Shown here: one piece after another, positions 1 to 9,012 of the stretch | Position numbering within the stretch: the stretch's first letter is position 1 | Layout: the number at the start of each line of letters is the position of its first letter | Program-made: the position numbers and the translations under genes | Notes under the pieces: model-generated | What the model saw: the letters and a program-made list of their open reading frames with translations, nothing else | Told to the model about the DNA's origin: nothing | Database searches by the model: none | Source of the DNA: Octopus sinensis | Taxonomy: Eukaryota | Reading direction: 5' to 3' | Length of the DNA: 13,032 bases | Assembly: GCF_006345805.1 (NCBI RefSeq) | Contig: NW_021826362.1 | Coordinates: forward strand, 1-13,032

Positions 1-242
1 CCACTATCCACCACCTCATCTCCTCCTTTCGTCTTCCCCACCGCCTCTAACCTCATTGTCCACACCCCTCGCACCCCCACAATTGACTTCCTCCCCCAAA
101 TTCACAAACCTAACAACCCTGGCCGCCTCAACGTCCCCGCCTGCAACTGCCCCACCGAACTTATCTCCAGATATCTTGACCGTGTCCTTGCCCCTCTCCC
201 CAGCGGCTTCCCTCCCCTCTCACATCCATGACACCAACCATG
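1..242 (+). mobile_element. Penelope-like retroelement, degenerate reverse transcriptase fragment
   Basis: Frame starting at base 1 reads ...PTASNLIVHTPRTPTIDFLPQIHKPNNPGRLNVPACNCPTELISRYLDRVLAPL, then after a frameshift near 200 ASLPSHIHDTNH. This matches the Penelope RT signature 'Y(F)LPKIHK...PGRPIVS' and 'LPS.I.DT'. Truncated by the window start and at ~242. Confidence 0.85.
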
Positions 243-558
243 TTTGCCTCTCAAACCCTCTTTCATGGGACCAAAGGGATGGTAGTCTGAAGGCGCGAAA
301 TTATTCCAGTAACGAGGAAATGAAAACTGTGGTGAAGTGGAAGTGACTCAAAGAACAGTCAACAGAATTTCACGGGGCAGGGATACATGCTCTCATTCGA
401 AGGTGGAACATTGCTATTGAGAGAAACGGTGACTATGTTGAGAAGTAGGGATGTGATGCACAGAGGACCAGCTTCATTTTGATGTATGATCCATGTTCCT
501 GTGTTGGTAATTATACCTGTCATACACAAAATGGCATTACTTTTTGACTCACCCTCTA
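240..558 (+). mobile_element. Mariner (Tc1/mariner) transposon relic: transposase C-terminus and right end, with 240-301 inverted
   Basis: 302-448 (+) reads YSSNEEMKTVVKWK*LKEQSTEFHGAGIHALIRRWNIAIERNGDYVEK*, a typical mariner C-terminus. The reverse complement of 240-299 reads FAPSDYHPFGPMKEGLRGKH, the DLAPSDYHLF motif region. A TIR-like end CATTACTTTTTGACTCACCCTC (535-556) is followed by TA. Confidence 0.88.
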
Positions 559-562
559 ATAT

Positions 563-576
563 TACATATATATATA

Positions 577-622
<46 letters not shown>

Positions 623-644
623 TATATATATTATATATATATAT
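563..644. repeat. Interrupted (TA)n microsatellite
   Basis: Direct reading of the sequence; begins just after the mariner TA end. Confidence 0.95.
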
Positions 645-660
645 TCTCTAATTTTTCATA

Positions 661-1050
661 TTGTTTTCAGTCATTTGACATGCTGCAGCACTGCTTTTAG
701 TCGAATAAATCGACCCCAGGACTTAGTACTAGTGCTTAGACCCCAGGACCAAGCCTAGTACTTATTCTATCGGATCGTTTTGCCGAACTACTAAGTTACC
801 GGGACGTAAACACACCAACATCGGTTCTCAAGCGATGGTGGGGGGGGACAAACAAAGACACACAAACACACACACATACGACGGGCTTTTTTCAGTTTCC
901 ATATACCAAATCCACTCATAATGCTCTAGTCGGCTCGAGGCTATAGGGCTATAAAAGAAGAAACTTGCCCAAGGTGCCACGCTGTGGGACTGAACCCGAA
1001 ACCATGTGGTTGGTAAGCAAGCTACTAACCATATAACCATTCCTGTGCAT
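661..1050 (-). mobile_element. tRNA-derived SINE, family A (CORE-like; octopus OR/OK-type), copy 1
   Basis: Colinear with the copy at 6108-6513. Minus-strand B box GGTTCAGTCCC (986-996), CORE-like CCTTGGGCAAGT (963-974), internal CA/TA tract, 3' tail ...TCAAATGACTGAAA. Carries a small deletion and an internal duplication (712-748). Confidence 0.9.
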
Positions 1051-1093
1051 ATATATATATATATGCATATACATACATACATACATACACACA

Positions 1094-1142
<49 letters not shown>

Positions 1143-1160
1143 TCATATGTATGTATATGT
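1049..1160. repeat. Compound microsatellite (TA)n-(TACA)n-(CA)n
   Basis: Direct reading of the sequence. Confidence 0.95.
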
Positions 1161-1724
1161 GTAGTACGTATGTGCGTATGCATATTCATGTATTTCAATG
1201 TACAAATTAGTCAGGAAATGAGGGGTAGATTCCGTGACGTTTGAAAGTTCACCCAGAACGGAATAGTATGATTGATGTGTGGTCAATGCCCAGCCTCCTG
1301 GTTCTCTGCAGGAAATTAGGTGTATTTTGATAAGTTCTTGCGTGTCTCCGTGGATGGGTATGTATTTTATGCAGAGCATATCAGTGCACCGGATCGTCAG
1401 AGATTTTCACGACCGAAGTCTAAGGAAAATACAGTTATTGCACAGTCAGCGGTTAAGAAGACGCGTAAGACAAACAGCAGCTGTGGAAATAGTTATGGAC
1501 AAAATTACAAAAAATAACAAAAAAGAAAAAAATGGTTCTAGGTTAAGGAAAGTAATTTAAGATTAGCAAAGGCCAGTGTTATAACCTGCGTATGAACCGT
1601 AAATGCAAGTAATGTGTTAGTTACAAAAACAGTTTCAGATCAAATGCGTACCACATATATTATAATTAAGCAAATACCTATGATGCATCTATTTCTGTAT
1701 ATGTACATACTTATGTATGTGCAT

Positions 1725-1773
1725 GGGTATGTATATATGCATATGCATATATATATATTATATATATTATATA

Positions 1774-1815
<42 letters not shown>

Positions 1816-2049
1816 ACGCACATAATATGTGTGTATGTATATATATATACATGTGTGTATGTTATATTCTATATCTATATAATATATATATATATTTATA
1901 TATGTATGTATATTAAACAGCCATTTGTTTTTAATATATGTATACATGCATTGTATGTGTACCTAAAATTACACATATATTTAGGTGTATAATCAAGGCA
2001 GTATGTTATTTATGTTTGTGTGCATCCATGCATACATACATACATTCTA

Positions 2050-2081
<32 letters not shown>

Positions 2082-2335
2082 TATATATATATTCAGATAT
2101 ATTTATGTATCATCATATATTGAAATGCCATCAAACGTATACACACTTATATAGAGATATACATACATACAAACACACACACACACACATATATCTAAAT
2201 ATAGTATATATATATTATAGGCACACGTAATTACACACATATACATACACTCGCACAACACACACACGTATATATATACACTCAAATATATATATATATA
2301 CATTTATACATACATATACTTATACATATGTATGT
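1725..2335. repeat. Degenerate TA/TG/CA microsatellite field
   Basis: Two large interrupted (TA)n/(CA)n blocks (about 1725-1915 and 2050-2335). These are the source of the YI/IY-repeat pseudo-ORFs. Confidence 0.9.
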
Positions 2336-2354
2336 GAGTTATTGGAGAACGATG

Positions 2355-2358
<4 letters not shown>

Positions 2359-2424
<66 letters not shown>
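2359..2424. repeat. (GA)33 microsatellite
   Basis: Perfect GA dinucleotide run. Confidence 0.97.
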
Positions 2425-2428
<4 letters not shown>

Positions 2429-2641
2429 AATATGTAAATACTTAGTTTGCTAGCTGACTCTTAGTAGGATAAATAAACGGATGGATTCGCAAGGAGATTG
2501 ATGCTGTGATTAAGCGGGAGATCATTCGCTGCAATCAAGTTTTCAGATTACAGTATACATCTCGGATTACATTATCCGATGTCTTGATTTGTTTTTAGGC
2601 AGTAATGTGTAATTTGTAGTTGTTTTTTTCTTGCGAGTAGA

Positions 2642-2877
2642 TTTTTTTTTTTTTTTTTTGTACTTGTTTCAGTCATTTGACTGCGGCCATGCTGGAGCAC
2701 CGCCTTTAGAGTGGTGAAAGAGTACAGCAGGGATCACCACCATCCCCTGCCGGAGCCTCGTGGAGCTTTTAGGTGTTTTCGCTCAATAAACACACACAAC
2801 GCCCGGTCTGGGAATCGAAACCGCGATCCTACGACCGCAAGTCCGCTGCCCTAACCACTGGGCCATTGCGCCTCCAC
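2642..2877 (-). mobile_element. tRNA-derived SINE: family C head fused to family A 3' tail, with A18 tail
   Basis: Minus strand begins GTGGAGGCGCAATGGCCCAGTGGTTAGGGCAGCGGAC... with A box TGGCCCAGTGG (2855-2865) and B box GGTTTCGATTCCC (2810-2822). 2664-2709 is 45/46 identical to 6130-6175. T18 on the + strand at 2642-2659. Confidence 0.85.
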
Positions 2878-2928
2878 GCAATGATTATAAATTTGTTTTG
2901 ATTTTTTGGGTGTATATATATATATATA

Positions 2929-3146
2929 TTTCTTTACTACCAACAAGGGGCTAAACACAGAGGGGACAAGCAAGGGCAGGCAAACGGATTAAGTCGATTT
3001 CATCGACCCCAGTGCGTAAAGGTACTTAATTTATCGACCCCGAAAGGATGAAAGGCAAAGTCGACATCGGCGGAATTTGAACTCGGAACGTAACGACAGA
3101 CGAAATACGGCTACGTGTTTTGCCCGGCGTGCTAACGCTTCTGCCA
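2929..3146 (-). mobile_element. tRNA-derived SINE, family B, copy 1 (slightly 5'-truncated)
   Basis: Reverse complement aligns along its length with 7951-8180 (TGGCAGAA.CGTTAGC.CGCCGGGC...GAGTTCAAATTCCGCCGA.GTCGACTTTGCCTTTCAT...GTAGTAAAGAAA). The 3' end abuts (TA)n at 2913-2928. Confidence 0.9.
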
Positions 3147-3563
3147 CACATATTTATTTATATTAAGGGTATTAATACACGCAAATTCCTCACGCTATTA
3201 GAGACTCTTAAAGTCAAAACTACCATAATAAATACACAGTGTATCGAACGCGAGGGAATGCAACTTTCGAAGCCAACCCCTTAAAAACAGATTCAGTCGC
3301 ACATCATATGATTTGATAGTTCGTGTACATAATCCACTTTCTAATCCTCAGTGCAGGCATAATCAAGACACTTAAAAAATAAACAAATCAACACACCAGA
3401 CGATCACCAAATCTATCCAACATAGTATATAAGGATGTTCACTCTTATATATCTATGTAAGCGGCAGGCTTTTCAAATTGCATCTCGGTACACGTATGTA
3501 TTCAGAATAATTAATTCATCACTGAATATATTCAGGTTAAATTTAAAATTTAAAATAGGAAAA

Positions 3564-3776
<213 letters not shown>

Positions 3777-4025
3777 AGGTATTAACAACAGAAGCATATT
3801 TTGTAACGAATATTAATTTATATATCCACCCGAACTTAGATGTGTAGTTTATAACATTGTAGACTGTGGTGAACGTCCCGGGAAATCATTTCGTGTGGAC
3901 GACAAATGTTAACAAACATCAAACTTCTATTCGACTGTTGAAATTTTGTTAGCACCAGCTGCAGCTTCTGGCGCCACTAATATTCGCTGGAAAGGTTGTT
4001 TCTGTTGCAAATAACTAACTCATAC

Positions 4026-4260
4026 ACACTGTCATATCACTTGTTGTTTGGCCAGTATTATTGTATATTAGTTTGACTGATTTTTCCGTCTGACATTCCG
4101 CGCTTGGCTTGTAGCCTCTGATGATCCGCAATACGGAGAAATCAAGTGATGCGGTAGTATTATCCACCAATGCTGACGAGATTTCGTGAAGTGATAGAAT
4201 TTCGATGCCCTTGGCATTTGTCGTCGGCAAGAAAGGATTTTTCGAGACCTTCATCCCAGT
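4026..4260 (-). other. Candidate coding exon of an unidentified gene
   Basis: Non-repetitive, relatively GC/CpG-rich open frame TGMKVSKNPFLPTTNAKGIEILSLHEISSALVDNTTASLDFSVLRIIRGYKPSAECQTEKSVKLIYNNTGQTTSDMTV. It starts right after a T-rich ...GTTTTTAACGCCGTAG acceptor-like site, and GTGTGT (4029) and GTATGA (4025) donor-like sites lie just before the stop. No family recognised. Confidence 0.3.
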
Positions 4261-4315
4261 CTACGGCGTTAAAAACAACACATCCATTTTAAAGTGCATC
4301 TCTCTCACTCTTTTC

Positions 4316-4460
4316 ATATATATATATATATATTATATATATATATATTATATTATATATATATATATATATATATGTAGTTATGTATGTATGTATGTAT
4401 GTATGTATGTATGTATGGTGTATGTATGTATGTATGTATGTATGTGTGTATGTGTGTGCA
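4316..4460. repeat. Compound (TA)n-(TATG)n microsatellite
   Basis: Direct reading of the sequence. Confidence 0.95.
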
Positions 4461-4742
4461 GTGTGTATGTACATTATATATGTATATATCACACACGAAC
4501 ATATATAGACGTACACACGCATAACCATTAACCATAAAATTTGGATGGATCATAAGGGAAGAGGAAAACTAATGAAGGAATAAAAAAAAACTGAAATAAA
4601 TAATTCGATAAAAAAAGAAAAGAAGTAGGGGGAAACGGTGGTTGAAAAGAAAAAAAAAGTTATTAGTAAATGCAATGAATGAATGTAAATTATACAAGAA
4701 CACAAACGAAATAACTAATTCCCAAACGATGGGAAAGCGAGT

Positions 4743-4892
4743 CAAAATGGCAGCGATATGAAAATGTCCATGGTAGAAATGTATTTGAATGGGCGGAGCA
4801 GTGCATGATTTGGTATTCAAATTGGCTGGAAGCTGTTCACCATAACCTTGTGTTCAGCGGGGTTGCATAACTGCTCGTGCATTTATGCAATC
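4743..4892. promoter_or_regulatory. Promoter-like motif cluster
   Basis: YY1-like CAAAATGGCAGC (4743-4754), GC box GGGCGG (4791-4796), reverse CCAAT (ATTGG, 4821-4825), and an inverted pair TTGCATAA/TTATGCAA (4863-4870, 4883-4890). Motif matches only; no transcript evidence. Confidence 0.3.
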
Positions 4893-5749
4893 GGGGCATA
4901 AGGGTCATAAAAAAAGAAGAAGAAGCAAAAAGCAAGCAGCAACCCACATTGAAGAGCTGAATATGCTGTGCAACAAACTACTATACAACGTTTAAATATT
5001 GCTAACTGCGATCTTTTTTTCTTTCATAAAATCTTTGATCTTTGCTTGCGTGGTTGTCGCTAAGGGACGGAGAAAACTAACTAGACGAAGCCGAACGTTA
5101 AAGTATTTTCACTTTTGGAGGTTTTGTTTGTGTTTTTGGTCGAGCTTTTATGTTTATTTGCTTGTTTGTTATTTTTTCCTGCCTGGGAAGGGGAAGGGGA
5201 AAGCTTGTTTATAAAACATGACTTGACTTAACCTTGGTTTTTCTTTGGTTTTGCATGGTTTAGCCTAGCTATGGCTTGAGAACGTCTTGAAGAATTTTAG
5301 TTGCTGTTTAGAGTTGTTTTATCTCGAGCTAGCACTGATCGAGTAGACCTATGACCGACCAAAGGTGTTCCAATCTTGACACTGTCGTCTTTATATATAG
5401 TGCATCGAGAAATCTCACAATATACGATCTCTCTCTCCCCCTCTCTATTTTTCTTTCTCTCTCTATTTTAGACAGTTTTAAACAGACATGATTTATGTAG
5501 ATTTGGTTCCCTCGCTGGTTCATATAATTTGATAAAATGTTTGGCAACGGACAGTTTTTGTCGCGTTAAGAAAAAAGCATACTCATCTCAGAAGTATATA
5601 ATATCTCTTTTGCAGGAGGAATCTAATCATGCTTTCCTTTGATGAAAAATATGTCTGTTAGTCAGGAGATATGACGAGCAAGGATTTATGACAAGAAACA
5701 GCAATTTGGTAAATAATGGTGTTGACTGGTCATTAGTTTATCATTGGAT

Positions 5750-5970
5750 TGTTCTTGGTTAGAGCTAGGTCAGTCCTGGCTGAGCAAACAAACCATTGGT
5801 TAAAAACATTTTACCTGAGATCATCTCATCTTTTCTTTCCTTTCTTTCAGACCGTGCATCAGCAATTATATTATCTAATGTGTCCTTTCTTTTTTTGAGG
5901 ACTTGTTAAGATGAACGTGTTTTGACTGCTTTTATAGCATGTTGAACGACTCTCTAGAAGTTTCCTCATT
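5750..5970. repeat. Highly degenerate old dispersed repeat (related fragments near 2552-2630 and possibly 5300-5390)
   Basis: ATTATATTATCTAATGT (about 5865-5881) vs ATTACATTATCCGATGT (about 2565-2581), 14/17 identical, with similar T-rich downstream context. It resembles an octopus repeat I recall but cannot name reliably. Confidence 0.35.
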
Positions 5971-6107
5971 CGTTCGTTGTGCCTTATTTCTTGTTCTATT
6001 GGAGAGGCTACGTGTTAATTTATTGATTCTCTATAAATAACTGAGAAGTCCTATTATCGAAAACATACCAGCAGTAACCAATCCTAAATATTTTTGGGAG
6101 CATACTC

Positions 6108-6513
6108 ATTACTCTTTTTACTCTTTTATTTGTTTCAGTCATTTGACTGCGGTCATGCTGGAGCACCGCCTTTAGTCAAGGAAATCGACCCCCAGAACAT
6201 ATTCTTCGTAAGCCTAGTACTTGTCTATCGGTCTCTTTTGCCGAACCGCTAAGTTACGGGGACGTAAACACACCAGCATCGGTTGTCAAGCGATGTTGGG
6301 TGGGTGGGGCACAAACACAGACACACAAACACACACATATAGATATATACAACGGGCTTCTTTCAGTTTCCATCTACCAAATCCACTCACAAGGCTTTGG
6401 TTGGCCCGAGGCTATAGTAGAAGACACTTGCCCAAGGTGCCATACAGTGGGACCGAACCAGGAACCATGTGGTTGGTAAGCAAGCTACTTACCACACAGC
6501 CACCCCTGCGCCT
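6108..6513 (-). mobile_element. tRNA-derived SINE, family A (CORE-like), copy 2, near full length
   Basis: Minus-strand A box TGGCTGTGTGG (6492-6502), B box GGTTCGGTCCC (6449-6459), CORE-like CCTTGGGCAAGTGTCTT (6421-6437, cf. MIR core CCTTGGGCAAGTCACTT), internal CA tract, and a 3' tail ending in short (AAAGAGTA)-like repeats at 6108-6128. Confidence 0.92.
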
Positions 6514-6689
6514 ATCTAGGATTATTTATCCAATGCTTTACGTTTTTGGAAATTGCATAGTGATTCGCTGCTATTTTTAGTTATACTGGTCTATAGAACG
6601 TGGATTAATTAATTAGTAGCATAACATTATAATTTATATGTATAGCACAGAATTATTAGTTTTTTTTGATGATTTGATAAAAGCCAAGC

Positions 6690-7191
6690 AAGACTTGAAA
6701 CAAATGAGATTAATCTCTTTCTTTTTTGCCTACAGCGAGAGAAAATTTATCGGGTACCGCTTCGTTTACATTTCACAGTGAAACTTAATTGTATGTTTAT
6801 TAAAAGGCTATACTTTACATTTTAAATTACCATAAACTGTTGTGTAGTGCACCATTAAATAATTTATTAATCTCTGCTTTATGAAAATGTGATGTTATGC
6901 AGAATAAGCTGACGGGTTTAGGTATGTCCGAATTTGTATACACTATTGATAATTCTAAGCTAATAACATCTCTATGAACGAACGACGTGTATTCTTTATC
7001 TTATTAAGATCGACGAAGACCAAAAACTAGTCGGATTAATCTCTTTAACTGCCAGGGAAGAGACAATATCTGTGATGATACCAATATTTTATATATTCAC
7101 TACCAGATTAAATAAATGTCTATTGCAAAGGTACGCCATACATTTCAAATTATTCTCATTCTTTATGGTGTGTTACATCAAATGGTTTATT
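6690..7191 (+). repeat. Diverged direct duplication (about 6690-6868 and 7016-7191)
   Basis: Hand alignment: 24/31 identity at offset 326 (including exact GATTAATCTCTTT) and 49/78 ungapped identity at offset 323. Confidence 0.7.
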
Positions 7192-7423
7192 TGCCCAGAA
7201 TATTTTAACGAATTCAATGTATATTTGCGGTGCTTAATCTAAAATTGATATTGTTCTGTCAAATAGACTCTAGTTATTGAGATATTGGATAATTCTTACA
7301 CAAAGATTTTCCTCCTCAATGCATTTCATATTTTATAACTAGCTTTATCTTTTTGTCTCTTCAAATTGTTTTAATACAATTTCGTTTTTATATGATTTTA
7401 TTTTTGATATAATTTTATCATTT

Positions 7424-7775
7424 TTGCGTAACGATCTACGAAGAAGCTGCTTAAGCGAGTCTAAAATTTTCTCTAACATTTGTAGCGTATACCATTGGAA
7501 AATACAAAAGAAAAATGTTACTGAATTTGCGAAAAAACAAAAATATTTTGTTTATATTCGAATGGAACCTAGGGATCAAAGTAAGTTTTGGGCTTCGCAT
7601 CACGTTTGTAAAATGCATGCAAAATACTTATCATAATAGATAACTCGTAAAGCTTGACGTTTGGTGTTGCTTGATATGGTGAGAGTCCTGCTACCACCGT
7701 AGGGATATACTAATTTTGCGTTGCAAATATGAAAGCGTTCAATGGCAGCACGAAGAAGACAACGAGAGAATCTTC
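7424..7775 (+). mobile_element. Degenerate DNA transposase N-terminal zinc-finger region, Chapaev(-3)/CMC-like
   Basis: RRSCLSESKIFSNICSVYHWKIQKKNVTEFAKKQKYFVYIRMEPRDQSKFWASHHVCK, then with frameshifts and stops SLTFGVA / IW*ESCYHRRD / FCVANMKAFN. This parallels the 'C..PD.FCYICG..T...YF....GDQDKSWAPH.VC..C...F.VPM.WREP..H..DCYFC' pattern. Family name is from recall. Confidence 0.65.
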
Positions 7776-7849
7776 CGTTCGCTTCAGATAAAAACTTCTG
7801 ATAATGTTCCCTTCATTTCCCTCAAACAAAGCATTCTAGAGTGACCCCT

Positions 7850-8650
7850 ATCCTTACTACACATTTCAATCTCTATCTCACTCTTCTCTCTTTCACCAGA
7901 AATATATTCCAATCTTTGTATACACGTTCTATTATATCTCACTCCCCATAAGGCGGCGAACTGGCAAAAACGTTAGCCCGCCGGGCGAAATGCTTAGCGG
8001 TATTTCGTCTGTCGTTACGTTCTGAGTTCAAATTCCGCCGAGGTCGACTTTGCCTTTCATTCTCTCGGGGTCGATAAATAAAGTACCAGTTTCGCACTGG
8101 GTCGATGTAATCGACTTAATCCCTTTGTCTGTCCTTGTTTGTCCTCTCTATGTTTAGCCCCTTGTAGGTAGTAAAGAAATATATATATCACTCCCTAGAA
8201 TTGTAATCACTCTGACCCCGCAACTGCAACTTTCAACATTTCAAAGGAGATGCAGAGCAGCTAATAGCAATAACCTTTTATAAAATCACGAATCGCTCTC
8301 TTTACATAATGAGCATTTGTACAGATTTCGTAAAACCAGTTTTATAGGCGACCTATTCACCTACATACATTGCCAATGGGTTTCGCTCTCTAGAAATTTT
8401 CTGAAATTAGTGTTTTTGGCTTCAGCACAGCAAAGTTTTAAGAGCATCTCTGATGATGTATGATTCTCTGTCTATGAGCTCCTACCGTGTTTCGCCTCTT
8501 GGACAAGTAGTTGCTTGTAAAATTTTACTATCGAGGTGTGTGCTGATGGTGTTCTCTCTGAACCACACTCTATCAACTCTGGTGGACGCGAGGCTTCGAG
8601 GGGTACTTCACAATCTTCCTCCTGTCACCTGTACAACGATGACTTAACTA
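7850..8650 (+). mobile_element. Degenerate non-LTR retrotransposon RT fragment (CR1/L2/Jockey-group-like), interrupted by a SINE
   Basis: Across frameshifts: ILTTHFNLYL (7850) ... NHSDP ... NHESLSLHNEHLYRFRKTSFIGDLFTY ... FASWTSSCL*NFTIEVCADGVLSEPHSINSG ... LYNDDL. This matches the order 'GD.SDPSNYRP...QYGFR..RSTGDLL...WISSFL..R.I.V.VDG..S....INSGVPQG...LFINDL'. Confidence 0.75.
7951..8180 (+). mobile_element. tRNA-derived SINE, family B, copy 2, full length with target-site duplication
   Basis: Starts AGGCGGCGAACTGGCAAAAACG, B box GAGTTCAAATTCC (8024-8036), body GTCGACTTTGCCTTTCAT...GGGGTCGATAAA, ends GTAGTAAAGAAAT. Flanked by TCACTCCC at 7939-7946 and 8188-8195. Confidence 0.92.
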
Positions 8651-8767
8651 CTATCACTGCTAAGAATGGCCGCCGATTATGGTGGGCTCGTCTACCGGAG
8701 GCTTAAAAACCACCCATAATGTACGTACAATGCATATACATACATACACATATGTGCATAAACACAG

Positions 8768-8782
8768 TTATATATATATATA

Positions 8783-8825
<43 letters not shown>
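8768..8825. repeat. Interrupted (TA)n microsatellite
   Basis: Direct reading of the sequence. Confidence 0.95.
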
Positions 8826-8827
<2 letters not shown>

Positions 8828-8849
8828 TCTAGGAGGGACAACTCAAGCT

Positions 8850-9012
8850 TGCACATGTAGAGAGAAGTCTAAAAGTCCTGGAAGACAGGAGCACGATATA
8901 TCTTCTGTTGTTTATGAAGCACAAATTTAAGCGAACTACGACAATGGCCGTAATACCAAATGTTATATCGGTGTCGTGAAAGAAAATTCAAAACCAGATA
9001 TAATCATTTTTC
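8850..9012 (+). mobile_element. Penelope-like retroelement, degenerate GIY-YIG endonuclease fragment with Cys-containing linker
   Basis: CTCREKSKSPGRQEHDISSVVYEAQI*ANYDNGRNTKCYIGVV, then after a frameshift ERKFKTRYNH. This matches 'CNCR....CPL.G.C....VVY.A.......K.YIG.TE..FK.RY.NH'. Confidence 0.75.

Noticed and set aside
56-346. 96-aa Pro/Ser/Thr-rich ORF
   Set aside because: It is an off-frame reading of the Penelope RT relic that runs through the inverted segment into the mariner fragment; a composite artefact.
1200-1640. Non-repetitive island with short overlapping ORFs (1279-1560, 1320-1517) and a possible 46-nt exon (CAG at 1310, GTATGT at 1357)
   Set aside because: No recognisable protein family. 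The LRVSVDG resemblance to LINE RT is too short, and the splice-like sites could be chance.
2800-2877. Functional tRNA gene
   Set aside because: The tRNA-like region is a SINE head: it runs into a SINE body and tail and lacks a proper acceptor stem.
3830-4020. Possible pseudogenic extension of the 4026-4260 frame
   Set aside because: It has four stops in about 60 codons, as expected for random sequence.
5616-5708. Possible exon (TTTTGCAG acceptor, G|GTAAAT donor) with an ATG
   Set aside because: All three frames contain stops and there is no link to other exons; not supportable without RNA data.
6221-6580. 119-aa ORF
   Set aside because: It lies antisense within SINE family A copy 2; not a gene.
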